Part shown: piece by piece, positions 20,394-31,617 of the stretch
Layout of the letters: the number at the start of each line of letters is the position of its first letter
Numbering within the stretch: the first letter of the stretch is position 1
Assembly (NCBI GenBank): GCA_963806185.1
Contig: CAWDXE010000007.1
Location: 224,001-288,000 of the forward strand
Origin: an uncultured candidate division Zixibacteria bacterium
Lineage (GTDB): Bacteria; Zixibacteria; MSB-5A5; GN15; FEB-12
Length of the DNA: 64,000 nucleotides
Direction of reading: 5' to 3'
Program-made: the position numbers and the translations under genes
The notes under the pieces: generated by a model
The model's database searches: none
What the model was told of the DNA's origin: nothing
The model's input: only the letters and a program-made list of their open reading frames with translations

Positions 20394-21758
20394 CTAGTCT
20401 CCTGAAGGAGTGGACATCCCGTACTTCTTCATCCGATAGACAAGAATATGTCGCGGGATATTCAGATATTGTGCCGCCTGCGACTTATTACCCCCAAAAC
20501 GGTTGAGTGCATCGACAATTAACTGTTTCTCGGCTTCATGAAAAGTCAGGTGCCGGCCGGTCGATAGTTGTTGGCGCGAATGGGGCGAGAGCGATCCGAA
20601 ATCGGGCGGCAAGTCCTCCGGTGTCAGGGTATCGGCTTTGCGAAGGATCACCATACGTTCGATGAGATTTTCCAGTTCTCGCACATTGCCCGGCCATTCA
20701 TACTGCTGGAGTATGGCGACCAGCTCCGGAGACATCGCGACGTTTTTCGGCGCTGCCAGCCGCCGGATGAACTCGCTCGCCAGAAGGGCGATATCCTCTT
20801 TACGCTCCCGTAGACTCGGTACGTAGACCGGGATGACATTCAAGCGGTAGTAGAGATCGTCGCGAAACTTCCCCGCGGCGATCTTCTCTCGAAGATCGAC
20901 ATTGGTGGCCGCGAGGAGGCGGACATCTATTTCTCGCCGTACCTCAGCCCCGACTGGTTCAACCACCCGTTCCTGTATCACCCGGAGCAACTTCGCCTGC
21001 AGCTCGATATTCAGTTCGCTGATCTCATCGAGGAGGAGTGTGCCCCCTTCGGCCAGTTCAAATTTCCCGCGCTTGTCTTTGATCGCTCCGGTGAAGGATC
21101 CCTTCATGTGACCGAAGAGCTCGGATTCAATCAGATCGCGAGGGATGGCCGCACAATTGACGGCAATGAGCGGCTTGCCGGCGCGGCCGCTCTGTTCGTG
21201 GATTGCGCGCGCAATCAATTCCTTGCCCGTGCCCGATTCGCCCGTTATGAGGACTGTCGCATCCGTGGGGGCAACCTTCTCGACGAGGGCCAGTAGTTCT
21301 TTGAAGCGGGGGGAAATCCCCAGCAAAGGGCGGGACGGTCGAGCCCGTTTCAATTCTTCTTTGAGCTGTCGATTTTCGTCAGTCAGCCGACGAAATTTGA
21401 CGGCTTTCTCAATAGCGAGCAGGAGCTGGTCGTCTTCAAACGGTTTGGTGATGTAGTCAAAGGCGCCCAGCTTCACCGCATCGACCGCTTGACGCACGTC
21501 GGCAAAGGCGGTGATTAACACGACGGGCAGGTCGGGGCGGATAATGCGTACGCGCTCCAGCAGCTCCAGACCGGTAACTCTCGGCATCTTCATATCGGAG
21601 AGCAGAAGGTCAAAGGGGTGACGGGCTATTTCATCAAGCGCCTCCTGACCGTCGCCGACCGCCGTAACTTCATATCCCAATCGCTGGAGTTTGAACTGGA
21701 TGACTCTGCGCAGGGCGGCATCGTCGTCGGCCAGCAGGATCGAAATCGGACTGTTCAT
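20394..21758 (-). CDS. Sigma54-dependent response regulator (NtrC/ZraR family)
   Basis: REC domain, GESGTGKE, ESELFGH-KGSFTGA, LLDEI, WPGNVREL and Fis-type HTH. Confidence 0.95.
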   Translation of the reverse strand: MNSPISILLADDDAALRRVIQFKLQRLGYEVTAVGDGQEALDEIARHPFDLLLSDMKMPRVTGLELLERVRIIRPDLPVVLITAFADVRQAVDAVKLGAFDYITKPFEDDQLLLAIEKAVKFRRLTDENRQLKEELKRARPSRPLLGISPRFKELLALVEKVAPTDATVLITGESGTGKELIARAIHEQSGRAGKPLIAVNCAAIPRDLIESELFGHMKGSFTGAIKDKRGKFELAEGGTLLLDEISELNIELQAKLLRVIQERVVEPVGAEVRREIDVRLLAATNVDLREKIAAGKFRDDLYYRLNVIPVYVPSLRERKEDIALLASEFIRRLAAPKNVAMSPELVAILQQYEWPGNVRELENLIERMVILRKADTLTPEDLPPDFGSLSPHSRQQLSTGRHLTFHEAEKQLIVDALNRFGGNKSQAAQYLNIPRHILVYRMKKYGMSTPSGD

Positions 21759-22807
21759 GTGGTTGTCTCCGGAAGCGCAATCGTCACAATCGTGCCTTCA
21801 TTGGGTCGACTCGTCAGCGTGATTGTCCCCCGGTGATTGTCTATGATCGCCTTAACGACAGCCAGCCCCAGCCCGGTGCCGGTGGCCTTGGTAGTGAAAA
21901 ACGGCTCGAAAACTTTGTCGACGTCGGCGGGATCAATGCCCCGTCCCTCGTCTCGGACGGTCAGATGCACCCGCAATTCATCATAATGATGCAGGTCCAG
22001 AGTTACATGAATGGTGGAGCCGTCCGCCGATGCCTCCATCGCATTCAGCAGTAGATTCAGCACTACCTGGTGCAGTTTCTCGGCATCACCCGGGCACTTG
22101 ATATTGGGGGCAATTTCGCTGGAAATCGTCATCTGCCCTGCCGCGAGCTGAGGTTCCGCCTGCCGGATGGTCGCACTTACCACCTCGCTGAGATTAAGGA
22201 TTTCAATCTTACTTTCCTTCGGGCGGGCAAAAGTAAGAAATTCTTTGACCGTGCCGTCGATTCGCTTAATCTCTCTGGAGACGATTTTCGAGAATTCTTC
22301 GCGCGAACCGGTGTCGACCGATGGATCGGCTAGAATTTCCACGGCGCCCTTGATAGAGGCCAACGGGTTTTTGATCTCGTGCGCCACACCCGCTGCCATA
22401 CGGCCGACCAATGACAATTGGTGTGACCGTTCCAACTGCAACTGGGTTTGTTCCTGGCGGCGACGAAGGAGCATCTCCCGATCGATCAGCGCGCCAATGA
22501 GAATGCCGATGGCAAAATAGAAGAAGATCTCAACCAGTTCACCGGACAGGTCCATCGGGTGCATGCCCGGATTCAAAAGATAGGGCACAACCAGTAGAGA
22601 AATGACCGCCGCTGTGGCCACGCCGCCTCGTATGCCGAACCAGGCGGCCGCGATAGCGATGGGGATATAACAGAAACGGGAGTGTACGGCGTGAACCCAA
22701 TCGTGATGACCAAAGATGAGCTCCAGGATCCAGCCGTAATGGATCCCCACTGTCAGGGCAACGACAGCTACGAGTATGCCGATTTTGATTTGTGTTCCTT
22801 TGCGCAT
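21755..22807 (-). CDS. Membrane sensor histidine kinase with His-rich intramembrane sensor
   Basis: About 4 N-terminal TM helices; AHEIKNPL, NLLLNA, DEGRG, FFTTK and GTGLGL boxes. Confidence 0.92.
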   Translation of the reverse strand: MRKGTQIKIGILVAVVALTVGIHYGWILELIFGHHDWVHAVHSRFCYIPIAIAAAWFGIRGGVATAAVISLLVVPYLLNPGMHPMDLSGELVEIFFYFAIGILIGALIDREMLLRRRQEQTQLQLERSHQLSLVGRMAAGVAHEIKNPLASIKGAVEILADPSVDTGSREEFSKIVSREIKRIDGTVKEFLTFARPKESKIEILNLSEVVSATIRQAEPQLAAGQMTISSEIAPNIKCPGDAEKLHQVVLNLLLNAMEASADGSTIHVTLDLHHYDELRVHLTVRDEGRGIDPADVDKVFEPFFTTKATGTGLGLAVVKAIIDNHRGTITLTSRPNEGTIVTIALPETTT

Positions 22808-22880
22808 ATCGCCTCGATAAGCTGCTCATGAACATGGACGCATGTCGCTGATAGTATAAGAAGATAATATCGGAGGAATG

Positions 22881-22912
22881 GAGAATATTCTTCAACGGGC
22901 GCTAATATTCTC
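22881..22912. promoter_or_regulatory. Candidate enhancer (UAS) inverted repeat
   Basis: GAGAATATT-N14-AATATTCTC about 80-110 bp upstream of a -24/-12-like element. Confidence 0.5.
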
Positions 22913-22988
22913 GGTTTCCTTTCGGGGATATAGGAGTATTGAGAATCGCATGTTATTTAATTTAAGTGACTTACGGAACAACTTTCAA

Positions 22989-23005
22989 TTGGCATGCAAA
23001 TTGAT
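22989..23005 (+). promoter_or_regulatory. Sigma54-like promoter for the YHS gene
   Basis: TTGGCATGCAAATTGAT: GG-N10-GA variant of the GG-N10-GC consensus. Confidence 0.55.
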
Positions 23006-23047
23006 AACTCCCCATAGTAAAGGACTCTGAACTGGAAGGAGATACAA

Positions 23048-23521
23048 ATGAAGATTGTGAATACGGCATTGTGCTTCATGACCCTCGGTGCGCTCTGTGC
23101 GGGCTCGGCGTTGGCGGGATCGGACACGGCCAAGGCCAAGGCCGCTGGCGCACCCCTTAAGTTCACGGCGCAGACGACCTGCCCTGTGATGGGCGGGAAG
23201 ATCGACTCGGCCGCTTACACTGATATACAAGGACAGCGAGTATATCACTGCTGTGGCGGTTGTTCGAAGAAATTGAAAGCCGATCCGGATACCTATTTCA
23301 AGAAGGCGGCGGCGCAGGGAGTCCTTTTCCAGAATATCCAAGCCACCGATCCAGTGTCGGGCAAACCGATCGACAAGAAGTTCGAATCCTACTTCGAAGG
23401 TCGACGCCTCTACTTCGCTGATGCGGAGAGCAAGGCGAAGTTTGATACCTCGCCCAGAGATTATCTGGCTAAAATGGCGCCGCCGACAGACTCAGAAGGA
23501 ACAAAGGACTCTCACAAGTAA
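23048..23521 (+). CDS. Exported tandem YHS-like domain protein (putative metal binding)
   Basis: Signal peptide; repeat 1 CPVMG...YHCCGGC; repeat 2 DPVSG...LYFADAES lacks the Cys residues. Confidence 0.75.
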   Translation: MKIVNTALCFMTLGALCAGSALAGSDTAKAKAAGAPLKFTAQTTCPVMGGKIDSAAYTDIQGQRVYHCCGGCSKKLKADPDTYFKKAAAQGVLFQNIQATDPVSGKPIDKKFESYFEGRRLYFADAESKAKFDTSPRDYLAKMAPPTDSEGTKDSHK

Positions 23522-23546
23522 CAACGGTGCCTGAGCACCACTGCGG

Positions 23547-23588
23547 CGACAGCCTCGGATGAAGGATCATCTGGGGCTGTCGTTTTTT
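23547..23588 (+). terminator. Intrinsic terminator
   Basis: CGACAGCCTCGGATGA-AGGA-TCATCTGGGGCTGTCG then TTTTTT. Confidence 0.8.
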
Positions 23589-25073
23589 CTACTGTGATCC
23601 GTCGTGTTCGGCAATCTGGATGGCGCGAAGGCCGATGGCCGACCCCATCCCGAAGCCGGTGTAGTTATCCACCGAATAGTGAACGCCGCCGTAGAGGCGA
23701 GAAACCATATCTTCAAGGGCCATCTGCTGAATATCCACGGCCTGATCCGGGAAAAGATAGCTGAGTATCACGGCCGCGGCACCGGCAGTGGTGGAATGTC
23801 CTGACGGATAAGCGGGAAAGGCCGGTGTTGTTATTGGTGAGAGCCAGAGCGGATCGTACATCCGGCGGACCTCGGTAATCGGGCGATCCGTCCAATAGAC
23901 ATACTTGGCATCCCAGCAGGCGATAAAGGCGTCAGCTTGCGCCGTCCCCAAGAGAGCCAGCATGCGCGCCATGCGCGGCTCCGACCACTCGTGTTCGTGC
24001 CCCATTTCACATCCAATAAGATTGAAGCGGCCGGGCGGGCCAAAGGTGCCCAAACCGTCTTCCCATACAACGGCCATTTGATATCGATCGTAAGTCAGAT
24101 CTCGCCAGGTCTGCCAAACCTCGGTCACCTGGGCATCGAACTCCGGCGTTCCGAAGGCAGGCGGTGGACCGGGACGGACGGCCGCACCGGCGGGAATAAT
24201 CCATGTGGTCCATTGGCCCGCACCCGGTTCTGTTGGATTGGTTTTGTACGCCGGAGGAGTGGGAACCCAATACCCCGGCCCGACTGGAGGAGTCGGCGCC
24301 ACAGTGATGTCGGAGTGGTCCGCCTCGGCACGTGCGACCACCGCCGCGCCAACCGCAAAACCCAACTTGGTCCCCTCAGTTACGTCAGTAGAGAAGTGTA
24401 CACCGGCGTAAAGGTCACAGACGCAGGAACTGTCGTAGATCGCTGAGAGGGAGTCCGACTTAGATGGGTACAGATACTTGAGCACGGTCAGAGCCGCGCC
24501 GCCGATGGCGGCACGTTCCGAGACAAATGACGGCGTGTTCACGAGCGTTCCATACGTCTGCGGTGCACTTGGATATTCGTATGGACGCGGGCGCCGGTAA
24601 GCATATTTGGCGTCCCACGCAGCTACCATGGCATCGTACATCGCGACAGAAACCAGTGCCAGGGCGCGGGCGGCCCGCGGCGGGTTGAGCGAATCCCAGG
24701 CCACCATGGCGCGGCTGATTTCATCCCAGCGGAGGACAGTTCCCTCGTTCCAGTGGTCAATCTCGGTCTCGATCTGAGGGGTGCGCTGGCTGACATAGCT
24801 GCGCACTTGAGCGAGTTCCTCAGCCGTAGATGGGGAGTCAGGAAACTCCGGTCGGAATGCTCTCCCGTCCGTGATCACCCAGGTGCGCCATTTGCCGGCG
24901 GCAGGTTCGATCCCGTCAGGAGCGCTCGACTGCGGAGCAGTCGGTGATTCGTCGCTGCAGCCGGACATGAAGAGGAAGAGGCCGGCAACTAAGGCTGGTT
25001 GCCAGACAGACAGAGGCCATGATTTTGATAGTCGCACAACAAGAGTATACGGTCCCGGCGGCGTGGTGGTCAA
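23589..25073 (-). CDS. Vanadium-dependent haloperoxidase/PAP2-family protein, probable lipoprotein (start uncertain)
   Basis: C-terminal half has WDAKY...RP, YPSGHS and SRLYGGVH; N-terminal half repeats these degenerately; lipobox-like MSGC. Confidence 0.82.
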   Translation of the reverse strand: MTTTPPGPYTLVVRLSKSWPLSVWQPALVAGLFLFMSGCSDESPTAPQSSAPDGIEPAAGKWRTWVITDGRAFRPEFPDSPSTAEELAQVRSYVSQRTPQIETEIDHWNEGTVLRWDEISRAMVAWDSLNPPRAARALALVSVAMYDAMVAAWDAKYAYRRPRPYEYPSAPQTYGTLVNTPSFVSERAAIGGAALTVLKYLYPSKSDSLSAIYDSSCVCDLYAGVHFSTDVTEGTKLGFAVGAAVVARAEADHSDITVAPTPPVGPGYWVPTPPAYKTNPTEPGAGQWTTWIIPAGAAVRPGPPPAFGTPEFDAQVTEVWQTWRDLTYDRYQMAVVWEDGLGTFGPPGRFNLIGCEMGHEHEWSEPRMARMLALLGTAQADAFIACWDAKYVYWTDRPITEVRRMYDPLWLSPITTPAFPAYPSGHSTTAGAAAVILSYLFPDQAVDIQQMALEDMVSRLYGGVHYSVDNYTGFGMGSAIGLRAIQIAEHDGSQ

Positions 25074-25190
25074 GGGGGTGGAAGCGGAGTTGAAATCATC
25101 CAGTTTTGCGAGGACAAAAGTGGGGCAAAAGGAAGCGCCGACGTAGATGTCTCTCCGCCGGCGCAGGCCCGTGTGATGCCGTAGAAGCCG

Positions 25191-25859
25191 CTAGTGCTTC
25201 TTGCGGCGCCAGACCATCGGCGCAACCAAGCCGAGACCGAGGGCCAGGAGGCTAATTGTCCCTGGTTCCGGAGTAGCAACGATCTGGACATTATCCAGCA
25301 GCATAGCTGAACTGGCCTGGTCCGGACCGTACCCCAGAGCAAAATAGAACAAGTAGAAATCCTGGGTCCCGCTCCACCCGGTGAGATCGTAGGTGAACCC
25401 TTTCATGGAGTAATAGCGCTGGCCCCACTGGTCGGTCTGCCAATCGCCTCCGCCCGTCCCTTTCGAGAAGATCGGATTGAAACCTCCACCTCCTGGATAC
25501 CCTACATTGATCTGCGCTCGGAAATCGTCGCCCCACGAAAGCTCATTGGTGATGAGTGTGAAGTCAAACCTCAGGGTCAACTGCTTGTTGGTAGGCAGAT
25601 TTAACACCTGATGCAACTCCGGATTCGGGTGATTGTCATCGCTAAACAGCACGGCGCACGGGGAATTGTCACCGCTCGGACTGCCGTACCCCATCCACGA
25701 GTTCGACGTAAAGACGTTCGAAGCCGGGCTTGAGGTCTGCCATCCGTTCAGGCCGCTGCTGAAGTCGCCATTGACGATCAGGTTGGGCAACGCGAACGAG
25801 CTGGTCACGCCCAGAAGAATCGCCACCATAATACCGGCGAGAATTCGCCCTCTTACCAT
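25191..25859 (-). CDS. PEP-CTERM sorting-domain surface protein
   Basis: Signal peptide, NLIVNGDFS carbohydrate-binding-like start, C-terminal TPEPGT + TM + RRKKH. Confidence 0.9.
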   Translation of the reverse strand: MVRGRILAGIMVAILLGVTSSFALPNLIVNGDFSSGLNGWQTSSPASNVFTSNSWMGYGSPSGDNSPCAVLFSDDNHPNPELHQVLNLPTNKQLTLRFDFTLITNELSWGDDFRAQINVGYPGGGGFNPIFSKGTGGGDWQTDQWGQRYYSMKGFTYDLTGWSGTQDFYLFYFALGYGPDQASSAMLLDNVQIVATPEPGTISLLALGLGLVAPMVWRRKKH

Positions 25860-25925
25860 ACTGCTCCTCCTCTTGGTGCGTTACTGAGTCAGGTTGCAAT
25901 GTAGACTGGATCAAATACATTTGCA

Positions 25926-25940
25926 GCAATTCGTGTACCC
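25926..25940 (-). promoter_or_regulatory. Sigma54 promoter of the PEP-CTERM gene
   Basis: Minus strand reads GGTACACGAATTGC, i.e. GG-N10-GC with TTGC, about 67 bp upstream of the ATG. Confidence 0.65.
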
Positions 25941-26463
25941 GCCGCCGGAGAGTTTATCGGCGTTGTGCGGCAACGGCCTGTGCGGGGCCCCTCTGACAAG
26001 TGTGCATTTGAGTGACAAGTTTCTGCAGGGGCCATGACACTTGCTGTCGCACACTTCCCGCAGCCGTCCTATCCCGGTCCGAGGTCGCACACCTCGTCGC
26101 GACGCATTGACGGAATCCCCCGGCAATCGACACCACGGCCAAAAGTATCCCTTCCAAATGTCGCCGGCGGCAAGCGGGATCGACAAACTCGGCATTACCT
26201 CGGTGAGATTCCAGGCCGAAACGGCCCTGTCCGGTTTAAAAGTACTTGCGTAGTATTCAACAAGTTATATTTTCTCTGACGTAAGCCAGGGGACAAAAGC
26301 TGGTCCCCCCTAAGACTCTTCGTGCTGCGCACGCGCGAGGAGCGATGGGTCAGAAGAACGATGCGAGCACAGGGATGCTGACATCACAACTGAACTTGGT
26401 CGTCGGGAGATGTCTCCTCGACGGTCGGGTATGTTTAACACCTACTCTTTAAGGAGGCCCACC

Positions 26464-26526
26464 ATGGCAAAAGGGAAAGACAAAGGCAAAAAGGAAACCA
26501 AGAAGCCGAAAAAGACCAAAAAGTAG
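26464..26526 (+). CDS. 20-aa lysine-rich small protein MAKGKDKGKKETKKPKKTKK
   Basis: Ideal RBS TAAGGAGG just upstream and its own terminator downstream; below the ORF-track size cut-off. Confidence 0.65.
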   Translation: MAKGKDKGKKETKKPKKTKK

Positions 26527-26571
26527 GCTTTGCCGAGGTTCCGAGTCGGACACGAGTCTGGCTCGAAAATG

Positions 26572-26600
26572 AAGCCCACCCCGCAAGGATGGGCTTTTTT
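26572..26600 (+). terminator. Intrinsic terminator
   Basis: AAGCCCA...GCAA...TGGGCTT followed by a T-tract. Confidence 0.75.
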
Positions 26601-26626
26601 ATTTTGATGGTCAGTGTCGGTGCGAA

Positions 26627-26827
26627 TCAGGCGTGACGGCGCTGACCCAGCAAACGGGAGGGAAGAAAGATGATGGCCCGGAAAAGCTCGAGCACTCCCG
26701 CGACGGCAATGCCGAGCAGCCTGAACGGCAGAAGGAAAAGCCAGACTATCGGATAGAGGATCAATGCCAGCAGCGCCAGCGGCCAGCACAAGACGAGCAG
26801 TATCATCCAAACAACAAAAGTGAACAC
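26627..26827 (-). CDS. Small hydrophobic membrane protein (about 66 aa)
   Basis: GTG start after GAAGGGA; WPLALLALILYPIVWLFLLPFRLLG hydrophobic pattern. Confidence 0.6.
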   Translation of the reverse strand: MFTFVVWMILLVLCWPLALLALILYPIVWLFLLPFRLLGIAVAGVLELFRAIIFLPSRLLGQRRHA

Positions 26828-26965
26828 GGCTGGATTCCCTTCGCTATTCCGCCCATTTCTCATACGAGATTGTCCGGAGTATGTTCGATGAAAGCAGGTG
26901 TGGGCCGGTCCGACCAAGTCCCGGATTTGGCTTGAATTGGCCTGTCCAATCCGTACATTCAATCC

Positions 26966-27568
26966 ATGCAGCTGGTTCTGGCCACCAACAACGAGGATAA
27001 AATCAGGGAGATCCGCCACCTCCTGGAGGACCTCCCGATCACCATTCTGACCCGTCGCGATTTTCTCGAGTTTCCTGACCCGGAGGAAACCGGCGCGACG
27101 CTCGAGGAAAACGCGATTCTCAAGGCAAGAGCCGTCGCCGAATTCTGCGACCTACCGGCGTTGGCCGACGACAGCGGGCTTGAAGTCGACGCGCTGGACG
27201 GCGCACCGGGCGTCTTCTCATCGCGGTACGCCGGCGAGAATGTCACTTACGCAGACAACAATCGGAAATTGATTCAAAGCATGCGAGAGGTACCGGCCGA
27301 GCGGCGAACCGCGCGCTTTCGCTGTGTCATGGCCATCGTGTGGAGTGACGGCGCAGTGGACACGGTGGAGGGAAAAGCCGACGGGTTAATAGCATCGGAC
27401 ATTGTCGGGAATGGCGGTTTCGGCTACGATCCGGTCTTTGTCTTTCCGCCGCTCGGGAGGCGGTTTTCCGAGTTGACGCTCGACGAGAAGAACCTCGTCA
27501 GCCACCGTGGCAAGGCACTGCAGGCCATCCGAACAGTCATCATCGAGAAACTAAACGGCTTGAGATAA
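26966..27568 (+). CDS. rdgB: Non-canonical purine NTP pyrophosphatase (RdgB/HAM1)
   Basis: LATNN-K, ENAILKA, ADDSGLEVDAL, GFGYDPVF and KNLVSHRGKA. Confidence 0.95.
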   Translation: MQLVLATNNEDKIREIRHLLEDLPITILTRRDFLEFPDPEETGATLEENAILKARAVAEFCDLPALADDSGLEVDALDGAPGVFSSRYAGENVTYADNNRKLIQSMREVPAERRTARFRCVMAIVWSDGAVDTVEGKADGLIASDIVGNGGFGYDPVFVFPPLGRRFSELTLDEKNLVSHRGKALQAIRTVIIEKLNGLR

Positions 27569-29579
<2,011 letters not shown>

Positions 29580-29615
29580 GACGCTAATCTATGCTGTCGC
29601 TTTGGGCGCTGTCAA

Positions 29616-30147
29616 TCATATCTCGTGCGGTGACTGGTGATCGGCGTGCCGAAAGGCGGCGATGTGCCGACCGGCGACATCATCGACAATTTCCGTTACC
29701 CATAGGCGGACGGCCGTATTAGCGGCATCGCTTTCGAGAACGACTGAACTAGCCAGTGATTGGATTCTGGCGGCCGGCCGGTCAGCGAACTGGATGCAGA
29801 CTACGTCTCGCTTCTGATTAGTGAGAATGTGCGGCTCGACGAACTGTTCGCGGAAATCGAGCCACCGGATGTCCGCATAACGAGGCCGCGGCCGGTGCTT
29901 TCAGATCGGGAATGACCTCCCAGAGCCGTCTGGAGCGCGAAATTTCTGCGAAGAGCAGCCGGCCGGTCCGGTCGATGTCCAGGCGGACGATTTCTGACTC
30001 GAGGAAGGAGAAAAAGGCGGTCCTGCTATGAGGTTGCCGACTGATCGGGACAAAGAGAATGTCCTCCTCAATCTGATAAAAACCCCGTCCGGGCGGAAGG
30101 CTATCGGACGGGGTGTCAATTCGAATCGTCAGTCTGTCGAGCGCCAT
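29616..30147 (-). CDS. Hypothetical protein (about 177 aa if the ~29885 frameshift is corrected)
   Basis: The 109-aa ORF continues in another frame (YADIRWLDFREQF...LWVTEIVDDVAG) to a TGA at 29616; directly follows cpoB. Confidence 0.5.
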
Positions 30148-30148
30148 C

Positions 30149-30913
30149 TTATTTGAGGTCTTTCAGACGCTCCTTCGATTGCTCGGCCTCAAGCGTATTG
30201 CCGAATTCGTTGATGACCTGCTGGTAGAGCTTCTTGGCTTCGGCAGGCTTGCCCAGTTCCTGTTTGGAGCGGGCCATCTTGTAGAGTGCCTGGCGAACAC
30301 GTTCGGAACTCTTGAAGTTGTTCACCAATCCCTGGAATTGGTCGAAAGCTTCCACATACTTTTTCTGTTGATAGTAGCTTTCGCCGATCCAGTAGACGGC
30401 GTCACCGACGTTTTCGGATGTCGGGCAAGCTTGCTGGAATTTTTGGAATTGGACGATGGCATTGTCGTAGTTGCCGGCCCGCATCAACACGAAGGCGCTG
30501 TCGTACATGTTCTGGCATTCGGCATTGACTTGGGGAAGCGCGCCGGGTCCGCCCGGTTGAACACCGGGTGAGCTACCCACCGTGCCACGGGAAGATCCCC
30601 GTCCCAGCTTGTCGATCTTCTCAGCCAACTCGTTATAGTTCTCGAGCAGCTTGGCGATCTGCGACTGAAGTTCGTTGACCGAAGTTCGCAGTTCATTGCG
30701 AAGCCGCGTGTCCGATTCCGAGCCACTGACCGTGAGCGAATCCATTCGGGTCACGGCGGCGAGAACCTGCTTGTTCTGTTCCTCGACCCGGCCGACCTGT
30801 TCCTGAAGGGTGTCGATGTCACGCTTGGTGACGCAGCCCGAGATGGCCGCTCCGACGATTAGAGCCGTTGCCACGAAGGCAACGGCCCTGTACTTGTAAG
30901 ATATTGTCTGCAT
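30149..30913 (-). CDS. cpoB: Tol-Pal TPR lipoprotein CpoB/YbgF
   Basis: Lipobox ISGC, coiled coil, TPRs (AVYWIGESYY, ALYKMA); downstream of pal. Confidence 0.85.
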   Translation of the reverse strand: MQTISYKYRAVAFVATALIVGAAISGCVTKRDIDTLQEQVGRVEEQNKQVLAAVTRMDSLTVSGSESDTRLRNELRTSVNELQSQIAKLLENYNELAEKIDKLGRGSSRGTVGSSPGVQPGGPGALPQVNAECQNMYDSAFVLMRAGNYDNAIVQFQKFQQACPTSENVGDAVYWIGESYYQQKKYVEAFDQFQGLVNNFKSSERVRQALYKMARSKQELGKPAEAKKLYQQVINEFGNTLEAEQSKERLKDLK

Positions 30914-30936
30914 ACCGATGTCCCTGCTGGCGTCGG

Positions 30937-31446
30937 TTACTGTGACACGACGCGGAATTCGCAACGGCGGTTCTTTGCCCAGGCATCCTCGTTACTTCCG
31001 GGGACGGCCGGACGCTCTTTGCCGTAGCTGATCACACTCAGGCGGCTGCCATTGATGCCCAACCCTGCAATGTAGTCCATAGCGGCGCGGGCACGACGTT
31101 CGCCGAGCGAGATGTTATATTCAACCGTGCCGCGTTCGTCGCAGTGACCCTCGATCTTGATGATCGCCGACGGATAGTCCTTCATGAGCTGGTAGTTGTG
31201 ATCCAGCGCCGCGCGGGCATCCGGGCGAAGATTATATTTGTCGAAATCGAAGTAAACGGTTTCGAACTGAGACTCGGTAAGGGCCTGCTTCGGCTCTTCT
31301 ACAGGTTTGACCTCAGGAGTCTTCGGTTCTTCTTTCACCGTGGGAGTGGTTGTGATCGGAGCTTCGGGCTGCGTTTTCGGTTTGGGACAACCCCAAACAG
31401 CCAGAGCCATCACCGCCAGAAGGATTACAAAAAGGGACTTTCTCAT
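30937..31446 (-). CDS. pal: Peptidoglycan-associated lipoprotein
   Basis: Lipobox VWGC, YFDFDK, EGHCDERG, SYGKERP and NRR. Confidence 0.95.
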   Translation of the reverse strand: MRKSLFVILLAVMALAVWGCPKPKTQPEAPITTTPTVKEEPKTPEVKPVEEPKQALTESQFETVYFDFDKYNLRPDARAALDHNYQLMKDYPSAIIKIEGHCDERGTVEYNISLGERRARAAMDYIAGLGINGSRLSVISYGKERPAVPGSNEDAWAKNRRCEFRVVSQ

Positions 31447-31617
31447 CGCGGTAAAACCCTCCGATAGCATTAAAAACTAATAGTTCAAATCCATGTGCGC
31501 CAATCTAAAAGGTCCTGTTGACAGTGGTCAACAAAAATCGGAAAAATTTGACCGGTGAGGCAAATCTGGACGACGGTCACTCTTTTATTACGCGCAAACT
31601 CACCGTTTGGCCCGTTC

